From a virus, in IMG/VR virus record IMGVR_UViG_3300007734_000761, positions 64,001-128,000 of that record: a stretch of 64,000 nt of DNA; one strand, written 5' to 3'. The notes under the pieces were generated by a model. The model saw only the letters and a program-made list of their open reading frames with translations. It did no database searches and was not told the DNA's origin. Each line of letters starts with the position of its first letter. Position 1 is the first letter of the stretch. A program made the translations under genes and the position numbers. Below are positions 8,699 through 18,423 of the stretch, piece after piece.

Positions 8699-9478
8699 CT
8701 AAGATAAAAATTGTTTAAATGTGTTAATATTTTTTTCTGCTAACCAGAGTTTTCCTCTGTCTGTGCTAGTAAATATATCTTCTACTTTTACTTTTGGTTT
8801 AGTAAGAATATTTCTGTGTTTTTCGTAATCAATTCCTTCAAATGCACATGTTATTGGGTTTGATGTATCACAAGTTTTTATTTCAGGAAAAATTACACTA
8901 GGATAATATTTAAATTCTTCTGCTTGGTTACAACCCAACAAATGATGATGAACGTCTTTATCTAATTTACCTGTTTCTTTTAAGTAACTAATAAATTCTA
9001 ATCGACCTAATGTTTTTCTAGTTTCAAAATGTGCGTGAGTTGAAAAGTCATCATAAAATTGACCTAAATGATTAAAACCTATGTATTTTATTTCGTCTTT
9101 TGACAAAGTTTCATATAAATCTTCAGCTTCAAACATGTCTTTAGCTTGGAGTACAACCATAATTTTATTTGGATCAACTTTTGTTTTCCACTTTTGGTAG
9201 TTATCAAACGTAATATCACTGTCATTCCAACTATCAGGTGTAATAAAAATATCGGGTTGAATCGTTTCATAATAATACAACAATGTTGATTCATCTTTTA
9301 GATCATTTTCAAAAAGACCATTGTCCATAATAATAAATCTACCCTTTTTTCTTGCCTCAATAAAATGATTTAAATACTGTTCGTTTGTAGCGAATGTAGG
9401 TAAAAAATAATCGTAATCATTAAATTCAAAACTTTTTTCTAGCATAGCTAGAGGTACTTCGTGAGAAACTTTAATCAT
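8699..9478 (-). CDS. dpdA: TGT-fold 7-deazaguanine insertion enzyme (DpdA-like, possibly DpdA3 type)
   Basis: IIMDNGLFE, ITPD, VVLQ, HHLLG, TCDTS match the order of TGT/DpdA motifs (DSGxF, PD, Q, HxLG, D); heads the que cluster. Confidence 0.65.
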   Translation of the reverse strand: MIKVSHEVPLAMLEKSFEFNDYDYFLPTFATNEQYLNHFIEARKKGRFIIMDNGLFENDLKDESTLLYYYETIQPDIFITPDSWNDSDITFDNYQKWKTKVDPNKIMVVLQAKDMFEAEDLYETLSKDEIKYIGFNHLGQFYDDFSTHAHFETRKTLGRLEFISYLKETGKLDKDVHHHLLGCNQAEEFKYYPSVIFPEIKTCDTSNPITCAFEGIDYEKHRNILTKPKVKVEDIFTSTDRGKLWLAEKNINTFKQFLS

Positions 9479-9484
9479 AACTAT

Positions 9485-9513
9485 ATTATAATAAAATTTA
9501 TTTAAGTATCCAA
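9485..9513 (-). promoter_or_regulatory. Class A promoter TTGGAT-N17-TATAAT, probably leaderless
   Basis: Exact 17-nt spacer; -10 box 6 nt before the ATG at 9478. Confidence 0.65.
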
Positions 9514-9792
9514 TTAACTAAAAATGTAAGAAGGAGCATTAGCTGAACCTGAGTATACTATAGCTATACCTGATGATTGAGTTACTTGAGTAATGTTCCC
9601 ATAAACCCCTACTCCCGCAGTATAAGTGACAGATCCAAGAGAACCACTTAAATTACTAACTTTAACGTTTGCTACAGTAGCTGTTATTGGATAATACCAA
9701 AAACAGTCAACAGATGCTGACACAGACCCACTTAAAATTGCTCCACCACCTAAACCATAGGGATGTTTTGAAATATCTATTTGTGATTGCAT
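9514..9792 (-). CDS. Small Ser/Gly/Val-rich beta protein, probably a virion component
   Basis: 92 aa, few charges, SGS/SAS motifs, own ATATTTAT motif (9809-9817). Confidence 0.6.
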   Translation of the reverse strand: MQSQIDISKHPYGLGGGAILSGSVSASVDCFWYYPITATVANVKVSNLSGSLGSVTYTAGVGVYGNITQVTQSSGIAIVYSGSANAPSYIFS

Positions 9793-9818
9793 TTTAATTA
9801 TTATTTAATATAAATATG

Positions 9819-9844
9819 AAAGGGAGCCAAACAATTGACTCCCC
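9819..9844 (-). terminator. Probable intrinsic terminator after the nrdJ/GIY-YIG pair
   Basis: Minus strand GGGAGTCAA-TTGT-TTGGCTCCC-TTT. Confidence 0.5.
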
Positions 9845-9865
9845 TTCTACATGGGTGCAAGGTAT

Positions 9866-10390
9866 TTATCGGTGTAATGTATTTTTTATAGTTCCCCAAG
9901 ACACATTATATTCTTTACTCAAATCACAAATACGATATCCTTGATCATATTTATGTTTTATTTCATTAGATTGAATATCTGATAGCATTTTATTGCGATT
10001 CCATTTATTTACTCTAGGTTTTCTCATTTTTTGTTTTTGTTCTTCGGTATACGTAAAATCTTTTGGCATTCCTGCTGCCCATGGAGCCTTTCTTCCTTTA
10101 TATTTTTGTGATTGTTTTATTTTTGATTCTTCTTTCCATTCACTACTTCCTCCCCCGCCATTTGGGTTTGGATTTACTATTTCAAAACCCCATTGTCTAA
10201 ACTGTTCAATCCAATATTTTTCTAGGGGTGTCCAATCTTCCTTTTTTATAGAGTTGATTTCATCAATAATAGTATAAGTAATGTGACCACCGTATGTTTT
10301 ACGGTGATCACTTACTCGTTTTGTAGGATTTTTTGTTTTACCTACATAAACTTTATTACTTTCTATTTCAACTAAATAAATATAAGTCAT
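9866..10390 (-). mobile_element. Free-standing GIY-YIG homing endonuclease
   Basis: YIYLVE...VYVGKT...R...H...E..WI...N catalytic pattern, NUMOD-like linker, C-terminal HTH; abuts the nrdJ stop. Confidence 0.8.
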
Positions 10391-12240
10391 TATACTACTT
10401 CGCAGGCCCCACCACTACAAGCTTGCTGATCAACCAAACTTGTATTGTCACTCATTTCAACAACATTTCTTAAATCAATTGTGTGAAGATTTACTGATAA
10501 TTTTTCAAATTGTTCTTCGGTAATTGATTCAAAAGGAGCTTGTTTGTAAGTTCCTAAGTCTTCAGGTAAGAATGACATAGCATTGTATGTATCTCTGTTA
10601 TTCCATACCCATTGTCCTACTTGAGCCCACTCACCTTGTTTTACGTTGATTGTACAAGATACGTTATTGTAATTTTCTCCTTTTCTGTGTCCTGCTCTTA
10701 CCCATTCTAAATTAAATCGTTTTGTTCTTTCCAACAAATCAAATGTAGATTCAGCTCTTGTAATAGCACTTTCTGGAGAAGATTGAGGCACTGAAATGAC
10801 AGCTTGTTGAGTAGGTTTAAAAATATCATCTTCTACCAATTCTGGATGATAGATACTTAAATAAGTGTAAATTGCTTCGTTTTTACCAACTCTAATACGA
10901 CGAATATAATGATTATCGTGCCAAGCATGAATGCCACTTGAACAACCCAACACTAAACTACTAGTTCCACTAGGTTTTACTGTAGTAACACGAGCAGCTT
11001 TGTTAACATTAATTAATTTAGCTATTCTTTCATTTTCGTCTTTAGCAGCTTTTGCTCCTTGTTTCAAGTTAATTTTATCTAACTTTCCACTAGCAATACC
11101 TGTAATTCCTACTCCCAATAAAGCATCACGTTCTGTTGTTTTTTTCCAAATGTCACGTAAATAATGGAAATCAGTGTAACTAGCTTGTAATGTACCAATA
11201 AATGCAGCTGCTTTACTACGAGCATTAAAGTCGTCTTGGTCAACTACATCTGTAGCGTTAATTTCACACAAGTTACAGAATTGATAAGGTCTCAAAGCAA
11301 TTTCAGCACATGGGTTAGTTCCATAATCTTTATCGTTTGAAAATAAAAATCCTGGTTCACCAGCGTTACTTGCTTCTACTTTTTCCCACAATTTCATAAA
11401 TTCGTCTTCTGTGATTTTATGACGCATAACTACGGCTGAGTTATTAGCTCTACCACGTTGTGGACTGTTTTCCCACCAATTTCCAAATTTACATGTCAAC
11501 ATTTCTTCATCGTCAAAATCAAACAATGAAATCAATGCTGCTCTACGAATACCTCCTGACAATACAGCATCAGCTAAATGACAAAGAATATCGTGACATT
11601 CCAAAGGTGTCAATTTTTCACCTGATTGTTTGCGATCAAGGATTAATTGTACTTGAAACAATACTTCTTTTAAAGGTTCTGGTCCTGGTGCTTTACCTCC
11701 GGCGGTAACCAACTGTTCTCCTTTAGGACGAATGTCTCTAAAGTCAAAACGAGGACGAGCACCACCTTTTAAATAAGCTTTCATTAACATGTGAACAGCG
11801 TCTGCCCATCCTTCAATAGAGTCGTTAATTAAATAGCGCTTTTCGCGTGTTGGAATTTTAATTTCGGGCAACTTGTCAACATGATGACTTTGTACCGAAA
11901 ATCCAACACCACAACCGCTAAGAAGCAAAAACATTGCTTCACTAAAACTTCTAAAATCATCAACAGGTAAGAAGCTACAGTTAAACATCCTTGCGTTGTT
12001 GATTTCAGCAGGTTTACCAGCAAATTGTAAACTTCTCATTGAAGGAAGAACCTTTTTTGCGTAAACCATTTTATAGACTTCTTCAATTTCATCTTTTAAT
12101 TGAGGAAATTTTTGCAAATGCATTGATTTGTTTCGGTCTACTATTTCTTCCCAAGTCTCACGGCGAGACTTTTCGGGAATGTGACGAGCATACTTCATGT
12201 ATGTTGTAATGTCCGATAATATACTTTGTGATGTGTTCAT
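10390..12240 (-). CDS. nrdJ: Class II (adenosylcobalamin-dependent) ribonucleotide reductase
   Basis: LPSMRSLQ, FNCSF, GCGVGFS, GTNPCAEI, CNLCE, VKPSGTSS, C-terminal CSGGACE; no nrdB nearby. Confidence 0.9.
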   Translation of the reverse strand: MNTSQSILSDITTYMKYARHIPEKSRRETWEEIVDRNKSMHLQKFPQLKDEIEEVYKMVYAKKVLPSMRSLQFAGKPAEINNARMFNCSFLPVDDFRSFSEAMFLLLSGCGVGFSVQSHHVDKLPEIKIPTREKRYLINDSIEGWADAVHMLMKAYLKGGARPRFDFRDIRPKGEQLVTAGGKAPGPEPLKEVLFQVQLILDRKQSGEKLTPLECHDILCHLADAVLSGGIRRAALISLFDFDDEEMLTCKFGNWWENSPQRGRANNSAVVMRHKITEDEFMKLWEKVEASNAGEPGFLFSNDKDYGTNPCAEIALRPYQFCNLCEINATDVVDQDDFNARSKAAAFIGTLQASYTDFHYLRDIWKKTTERDALLGVGITGIASGKLDKINLKQGAKAAKDENERIAKLINVNKAARVTTVKPSGTSSLVLGCSSGIHAWHDNHYIRRIRVGKNEAIYTYLSIYHPELVEDDIFKPTQQAVISVPQSSPESAITRAESTFDLLERTKRFNLEWVRAGHRKGENYNNVSCTINVKQGEWAQVGQWVWNNRDTYNAMSFLPEDLGTYKQAPFESITEEQFEKLSVNLHTIDLRNVVEMSDNTSLVDQQACSGGACEVV

Positions 12241-12273
12241 AATCTTATTTTTGGGTCAATAAATATCTTTAAA

Positions 12274-13650
12274 TTAAATTGAATCTGAGAAGTCTGAAAG
12301 TTTATTTCTAAGTTTTTGAATGTCTGAATTGTCCCAGTCACTTGATTTAGTAGACTGGTTAAAAGTTTTGGTTGGTGCAATGTCTACTCCTTCATTGTTA
12401 TCATCTAAATCAACGTGTCCAGTAGTTGTGTCTACTTTTGCATTGTAAGTAAGACCATCCATTCCATAACGATTTTTCATTACGTGGAGCCTTCCAGTTC
12501 CATTTACTTTATCTTCTTTTTTTCTTGATAAAGACAAACAAAAATCTGAAATCATAATTTTGTCATAACTACCTGCTGCTTTGTCACCTTGAATAATATC
12601 ATCTTGAGCTCCAGCTCTATTTACTTGACTTACACTCCAAATAGGAATATTTAAGTCTCTTGCTAAACCTTTTGTAGCTACATAAACATCATCGATTTCA
12701 TCTTTTCTGTCAAAGCTTCTTTTTGGAGATCTTAATAAATCAATATAATCAATAATAACTAAGTCTGGTTTTAAGTCCATGTCATTAAGTTTTTGAATGT
12801 GGGATTCTAAAGTTTGAATTGTTGCTTTTCCCATACTAAACTCTTTTACTACTAACTTACCTTCCAGTCTATTGATCTCATTTTCAATTTTCTTTCTATG
12901 TAAATGAATTTGGTTTACAGGCTCATTAGCAAAAAATGCATCAAATCTCTTACCTACATAAACCTCACCTAATTCTAATGTATAATATACAACATTAAAA
13001 CCTAATTTTACAGCATGTCCTGCTACAGCTACCATCATCCAACTTTTACCTCCACCAGGATTACCAAATACTAGACCTAAATCTCCACCTCCTAAACCTC
13101 CCATAAGAAGTTTATTGATGTCTTCCCAAGGTGTAGGAACGATTTGTCTAGCATCTGGTCTGTATCTGGATTCTACATCTTTACTGTACTCGTGACCGAT
13201 GTTTTTATCCATTCCTGCTTTCAAAGCACTATCAATTAAAGATCTAATGTCATCATACATTCCTGAATTGAGTAGATCTACACTAGTAAGAAGTGCTTTT
13301 TTAAGTTGTTGGTTTTTACAAAAATTACTAAACTCTTCTCTTACATATTCTACATCACTGTTTTCTATTCTGTAAGACTCACGTAATTGTTCAATAACAT
13401 TAGTTTTTAACAAGTCATTGTCTAACTTTTTTACTTCAATTTGTAAAGCTTCTAAAGTAGGACTTGTATGATAATGATCAAAATACTTTAAAGTTCTTGT
13501 TACAATCCATTGTAAAGATGAATTATCAAAATACTCTTCTTGAATTGTATCTCTAATGTTTAGTAAGAACTCTTTATTTGTTAAGAGTTGATTGATTACC
13601 TTGAGTTGAAAAGGTAACCCGTATTGCGATAACTTATTGAATGAAACCAT
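12274..13650 (-). CDS. Replicative DnaB/gp41-like helicase
   Basis: Walker A GNPGGGKS, YTLEL, IIDYIDLL, SQVNR, KNRYG. Confidence 0.9.
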   Translation of the reverse strand: MVSFNKLSQYGLPFQLKVINQLLTNKEFLLNIRDTIQEEYFDNSSLQWIVTRTLKYFDHYHTSPTLEALQIEVKKLDNDLLKTNVIEQLRESYRIENSDVEYVREEFSNFCKNQQLKKALLTSVDLLNSGMYDDIRSLIDSALKAGMDKNIGHEYSKDVESRYRPDARQIVPTPWEDINKLLMGGLGGGDLGLVFGNPGGGKSWMMVAVAGHAVKLGFNVVYYTLELGEVYVGKRFDAFFANEPVNQIHLHRKKIENEINRLEGKLVVKEFSMGKATIQTLESHIQKLNDMDLKPDLVIIDYIDLLRSPKRSFDRKDEIDDVYVATKGLARDLNIPIWSVSQVNRAGAQDDIIQGDKAAGSYDKIMISDFCLSLSRKKEDKVNGTGRLHVMKNRYGMDGLTYNAKVDTTTGHVDLDDNNEGVDIAPTKTFNQSTKSSDWDNSDIQKLRNKLSDFSDSI

Positions 13651-13672
13651 AACTTTTTTATATTATAATAAT

Positions 13673-14713
13673 TTATTTTTTAGAAGACATAAGATGAGTA
13701 AAAACATTTACTAACCAATTTTCTACATTTGGAATTGAATTACCTAATAAATCTTGTTGATACATTGTAAGAAACTTTGATTTATCCATTGTGTTTTTAG
13801 GTTGAGAAATTAAATCTTCTAATTCTAAAATCATCATTTCTGATAGATTTGGATTATGTAGATCCATTAGTCTTTCATTGATTTTTAGTTGATAACTAAA
13901 CATATCTACACTTTCATACATTGTTCCTTTTGTAGTTTTACTTTTTTCTAAAATATCTTTTAAATTAATTGTTTGTTCTCCTACTAATTCTGGGAAGTTT
14001 TTAATGAGTTTTTTAGGGCCTAACTTAGGAACACCAGGAACATTGTCACTTGAATCACCTAATAAGATTTTTACTTGAAGATAGTTTTGAGGTGGAACAC
14101 CATATTCTTCTTTTACTTTATTAGGATCATAAAACTTCTTTTTAGTAGGTGAGTAAACTGTAATTTTTGGACTTACTAACTGTAAAAAGTCTTGATCTGA
14201 AGACATAATTACTACATCGTGAGTAGGTGCAAATTTCGTGGCAAGATAAGCCATTGTATCGTCTGCTTCTGCTCTGTCAATGGCACACATATCTAAAGGA
14301 AGACATTGTAAATATTCCACGAGTCTTAACAACTGGTTTTCTATTGATTCTGACTCATCTTCTTGGCTTGAAAATCCATCAAAGTTAGTAATTCGTTTTA
14401 GTTTACGGGTTCCTTTATAATCCGGATACAAGTTTTTCTTGTTGAGAGTTGAACCTTCACCTTCAAACGCAATAATAACTCTCGTAGGGTTAGTATGTTT
14501 TATAGCATAACCTACTGATTTTAAGAAACCAGTGAGACCTCCAATGTGATTACCTTTAGGATTTATGTGATTAATAATAGCAAATGAACGTAAAAATGTA
14601 TTCATTGCATCAATAATAAGTACCTTAGGTTGCAAAACAGGACTATTGTCCTGTCTTGCTTTACTAAGTTTATTAATAATCGCTTGAAAATCTGGATCGA
14701 TATTATTCTCCAT
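13673..14713 (-). CDS. 5'-3' exonuclease / RNase H (FEN family)
   Basis: IIDAMN, YKGTR, EADD, SSDQDFLQL, GDSSDNVPGV. Confidence 0.9.
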   Translation of the reverse strand: MENNIDPDFQAIINKLSKARQDNSPVLQPKVLIIDAMNTFLRSFAIINHINPKGNHIGGLTGFLKSVGYAIKHTNPTRVIIAFEGEGSTLNKKNLYPDYKGTRKLKRITNFDGFSSQEDESESIENQLLRLVEYLQCLPLDMCAIDRAEADDTMAYLATKFAPTHDVVIMSSDQDFLQLVSPKITVYSPTKKKFYDPNKVKEEYGVPPQNYLQVKILLGDSSDNVPGVPKLGPKKLIKNFPELVGEQTINLKDILEKSKTTKGTMYESVDMFSYQLKINERLMDLHNPNLSEMMILELEDLISQPKNTMDKSKFLTMYQQDLLGNSIPNVENWLVNVFTHLMSSKK

Positions 14714-15785
14714 CGTTTACGGCTAAAATACCATTTTTACTTTCATCCCACTCAGATAAGTCTTCTTTAATTTCAAAGTCACCTGCTCCTAATATTGTTA
14801 GCCACTCGTCTTTGTGTTCTTTTTTATATTGATCTACTGCCTTTGGATCATCATCAATAAAACCATGTACTGTTATTATAGTTGTTCCTTTAGTAGTTAC
14901 ACCAGTAACGTGATTTTTATCACACATAATACGAGTACGTTTAGCAAACTCAACGTCTTTACCATTTTTAGTAGCTTTCAACTTACTTGTTCCACTGTTT
15001 GTAACGTTTCCAAATGTTACAATCAAACTTGCGTCAAAAAACATTGTATCACCACCTTTATTTCTCATACGAGGTTGAGACATTGGAGTTTCTGCTGGTG
15101 ATACCCATATTTTATTTACTACTACCATTGTATTTGTATATGGTGTATTAGATTTTCTTGACAAAATGATTTTTTGGTTAATAAAGTTACCAAACTGTTG
15201 ACTCATTGCACCAGCATTCCACTGAGGGTTATTTGAGTTTTTTTCAATACTCATTGAACAAGGTATTGAACCAACTGAATCCCATAAAAATAACAAATCA
15301 TGTGGTAATCTTCCTTTAGCCTGTTCATCTAACAAATCAGCAATAAAACTAGCTACATCTTCAATAGTATTAAGTGAACTTCTGTCTACGTAAATAAAAT
15401 TACCTGTGTAATCTACAATTTCTCCAGTTTCTTCATCTATTACTTCTTCCATTTGGAAGCCCATTTGACGAGCATGATCCCAATTCCATTTCATTTCAGT
15501 AATAATGAACACAGGCAATACACCCATTTTTTGGGCTGATACAGCTGCTTCAATCAATGCTGTTGTTTTACCAGTATCACTATGGCCACGTAACAAGGTT
15601 ATATGGCCCATAGGAATACCGGGTAATGAAAGAACGTCTTGAAATGCTGCTGAAAGTGGAATCCAACGTTGATCTTTAAATGTTACTTGATTGTTACTCA
15701 AGTTTTTTGATTTTTTAAACGATTCAAGGTTAAAGTTTCCTTTGACAGCACCAGAAATAGCTTCTGTTAGTTTTTTCTTAGCCAT
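14703..15785 (-). CDS. recA: RecA/UvsX-like recombinase
   Basis: Walker A GHSDTGKT, WDSVGS, VVNK, GG motif. Confidence 0.85.
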   Translation of the reverse strand: MAKKKLTEAISGAVKGNFNLESFKKSKNLSNNQVTFKDQRWIPLSAAFQDVLSLPGIPMGHITLLRGHSDTGKTTALIEAAVSAQKMGVLPVFIITEMKWNWDHARQMGFQMEEVIDEETGEIVDYTGNFIYVDRSSLNTIEDVASFIADLLDEQAKGRLPHDLLFLWDSVGSIPCSMSIEKNSNNPQWNAGAMSQQFGNFINQKIILSRKSNTPYTNTMVVVNKIWVSPAETPMSQPRMRNKGGDTMFFDASLIVTFGNVTNSGTSKLKATKNGKDVEFAKRTRIMCDKNHVTGVTTKGTTIITVHGFIDDDPKAVDQYKKEHKDEWLTILGAGDFEIKEDLSEWDESKNGILAVNDGE

Positions 15786-15795
15786 TTTTTACAGA

Positions 15796-16644
15796 TTAGA
15801 AAGGTAAATCGTTGTCTTCATCGTCAAATTTAGATGGAGCTTTAGCGTCAGTAAATAAAGCATCAAACTCATCTTCATTAAACGAAGACTTTTTCTTAAC
15901 AGGAGTTGCATAACTTGTAACTACTGGGGTTGTTGGTTGCTCAACTTCTTCTGTTTCTGATTCTTCACCATCTGCTTCGGGATTCAACCAAGTCAACAAA
16001 ATACCTTTCATTTCATCATACTCGTACTTTTTGTACAGAGCTAAAATTTCAGGTTGTTCATTCATCCACGTTTTAGCTTGTGCACTGTTATCACTCAAAG
16101 GAGTAATTTTAGTACGAGGACGTACTGTAGATTTATTGTACTTAGTACCAGTTACTTCAGGTCCCACAGTTTCAATAGTCAAATCACGACCTTCATAAAT
16201 GTCAGAAAAGTCTCCGATGTCTTCGTCAGCAACCATGCTTAACAATTCAAGGTAAGTTTCTTTACCAAATTCCCACAAACGAACACCTTTTTCTTCTTCA
16301 CCCCTAACAATAACTGGAGCAAATACTCGCATTTTAGGTTCGATTTTCTTAGCTAACTGCCAATTTTCTTTTTCTGATGACTTACGAAGTTGACTTGCAA
16401 ATTCTACAATAGGATCTTTTTCACCAAAGTTAGTCAAAGCAATCATTGAACGATTAGCTACACCATAGTGAAAATAAACCTCTTTAAAAGGATTTGATTT
16501 GTCAAACTTACTAGGAACGACACGAATAATTTGTTTACCTACAGCAGGTTTCCAGAAATTTTTTGCTCTTTCTTCTTTGTTTTGAGAGCCCCCTTTCTTG
16601 TTTTGAAGGGAATTCAAGCGATTTTTGATTTGATTAATATCCAT
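15796..16644 (-). CDS. gp32-like single-stranded DNA-binding protein
   Basis: FWKP...IRVVP...FHY, VRLWEFGK, GRDL; acidic tail ending DDEDNDLPF. Confidence 0.8.
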   Translation of the reverse strand: MDINQIKNRLNSLQNKKGGSQNKEERAKNFWKPAVGKQIIRVVPSKFDKSNPFKEVYFHYGVANRSMIALTNFGEKDPIVEFASQLRKSSEKENWQLAKKIEPKMRVFAPVIVRGEEEKGVRLWEFGKETYLELLSMVADEDIGDFSDIYEGRDLTIETVGPEVTGTKYNKSTVRPRTKITPLSDNSAQAKTWMNEQPEILALYKKYEYDEMKGILLTWLNPEADGEESETEEVEQPTTPVVTSYATPVKKKSSFNEDEFDALFTDAKAPSKFDDEDNDLPF

Positions 16645-16667
16645 AACAATTTTATTATTTCTCTATT

Positions 16668-16696
16668 AATATAACAAATAAAAGACTAAAAGCCAA
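16668..16696 (-). promoter_or_regulatory. Class A promoter TTGGCT-N17-TATATT
   Basis: Exact 17-nt spacer, upstream of the SSB gene. Confidence 0.6.
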
Positions 16697-17086
16697 TTAT
16701 ATATTAATAATCTTGTAAATTTTTGTGTTTAGAATGCGGAGATCAGGACCTTGAGTTAATAATATACTATTTTGATAGTCACTCCAGTTTATTCTAAATT
16801 GATTATCTAACATACCATTATTTAGTTCTTTAATTAAAGTATTTAAAGCATTAATAGTATATAAAGTATTTGATTCTTTTTTTCTATGTAACAAAATAGT
16901 ATTTTCAGGTATTTCGTTAACTGAATTTTCTGTATCTATGTTGTAAGTTATAATATATTCAGTTGTTTGTGGACTTTCTAATACAAACATTTTATCATAT
17001 AATATAGCGTAACGTGAAGTTATACCAGCAATGGTATCTAATAAACGATTTTGGGCTGTAAACGAACACAGTAACTTATTCTTCAT
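16697..17086 (-). CDS. Hypothetical protein (HRKKESNTLYTINALN)
   Basis: Start probably MKNKLLCSF (17086), after the ATATTTAT motif at 17105-17113. Confidence 0.7.
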   Translation of the reverse strand: MKNKLLCSFTAQNRLLDTIAGITSRYAILYDKMFVLESPQTTEYIITYNIDTENSVNEIPENTILLHRKKESNTLYTINALNTLIKELNNGMLDNQFRINWSDYQNSILLTQGPDLRILNTKIYKIINI

Positions 17087-17123
17087 GTCAAATGGAATAC
17101 TGTTAATAAATATCGAAGAAATA

Positions 17124-18410
17124 TCATAAACCATAGTCTAGTCCTTTCTTCATCTTTGTTGTATAGCCTGTACTTTCTAACAATTCTTTTATTTTAGTTA
17201 CTGTTTCAATTCCGTCTTCTTTACTAAAGTCTATAAGTATAGAATCATATGTGTAAAGAATTATTTTACTCTTTTTAGTTTCTAAAAAGTCTAATACTTT
17301 TCCAACTAATTCTACATTACTTTTAGTTTCTAAACTTTGAATGTAATAATTAAATATTTTAGTTGGACTTAATTCATCAGACTTATGTAAAATTCTACCA
17401 GTTGCCAATTTTACTCGGTTTTCTTGATTGTAAATTAACCACATTTTTTTAATTAGTCCATTGACTTGTCCAAAGTATACTTTATTTCTGTGTTCTTCTT
17501 TAATTCCTCCATAAAGATTTTTGAACGTAATTTCCTTCGCTTCTTCTTTTGATACTCCAAGTATTTCTGATATATCAGCATAGGGATCACTACTGAATTT
17601 AAAATTAAAAAGGGAACCAATAAGGGAAGGATGGTAAGCAGAGAAGTCATATTCTATTAAGTAATCGTTGTTGGGGATAAATACATTTCTCGCGCCGTTT
17701 TCTTTGGGAAGTGCGGCGAAATTAATGTTGTTAAATGCGTTGCTCGGTCTTGTAGTAATGTTGTAAAGATTGTACGAAGTATGTATTTTATTTTTATTGA
17801 TACTGTAGTCTTCAAATGTAGGTTCAAAAAAGTGATTGAATTTAGTTGGACTAATTTTAATGCCTTCTTGTTCAATTCTTTTAAAAACACTAGTATATTC
17901 TTTATCAAACCAAACATTTGGTCTGTAATTCATGTGTTGTTTAATTTGATTAAAAACATGGTCCCATTTTTCTAAGTGTTTAGTAACGGGGATTATACTA
18001 TTGATATTGTTTCTAAAATAGTGTTCTCTGTAAAAATGTGTGTGAGCTGGTGTATCATACTCATCTGCTTTAAAAACTTTATTGGTTTTATTTAAAATGT
18101 TGAATTGAATGTCTGTTGTTTCTAAAGTAGAAGGTAAAAAGTAATCGTGAAACTTTTTGTCTAAAACATAAATAAGTTTGTGTTTATTTAAAAAGTCTAA
18201 CACATCTGACCAGTCTAAATTAAATGTTTCACTGTGATTAATAGGAAAAATGTAGCCTTTACTATTTAAACAGTGATAATAAACAGCTACTATGTTGTTA
18301 AATTTAGGATGAAAACAATCATTGCCTGGAATGATTTGAACAAAACAAGAATCTTCACAGTATTCTTGTAGTCTTTCTAATTGTAGTTTTGTTTCAATAA
18401 TTGCATGCAT
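17124..18410 (-). CDS. polA: Short, atypical family A DNA polymerase
   Basis: IEQEGI, TTRPSN, motif A YDFSAYHP, motif B AKEITFKNLYG, NYYIQS, motif C YTYDSILID; start MHAII at 18410. Confidence 0.8.
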   Translation of the reverse strand: MHAIIETKLQLERLQEYCEDSCFVQIIPGNDCFHPKFNNIVAVYYHCLNSKGYIFPINHSETFNLDWSDVLDFLNKHKLIYVLDKKFHDYFLPSTLETTDIQFNILNKTNKVFKADEYDTPAHTHFYREHYFRNNINSIIPVTKHLEKWDHVFNQIKQHMNYRPNVWFDKEYTSVFKRIEQEGIKISPTKFNHFFEPTFEDYSINKNKIHTSYNLYNITTRPSNAFNNINFAALPKENGARNVFIPNNDYLIEYDFSAYHPSLIGSLFNFKFSSDPYADISEILGVSKEEAKEITFKNLYGGIKEEHRNKVYFGQVNGLIKKMWLIYNQENRVKLATGRILHKSDELSPTKIFNYYIQSLETKSNVELVGKVLDFLETKKSKIILYTYDSILIDFSKEDGIETVTKIKELLESTGYTTKMKKGLDYGL

Positions 18411-18423
18411 AACCTTTATTAAT

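Noticed and set aside
13662-13690. Class A promoter before the helicase
   Set aside because: The -10 TATAAT is present but the -35 reads ATGTCT rather than TTGG; too weak to list.
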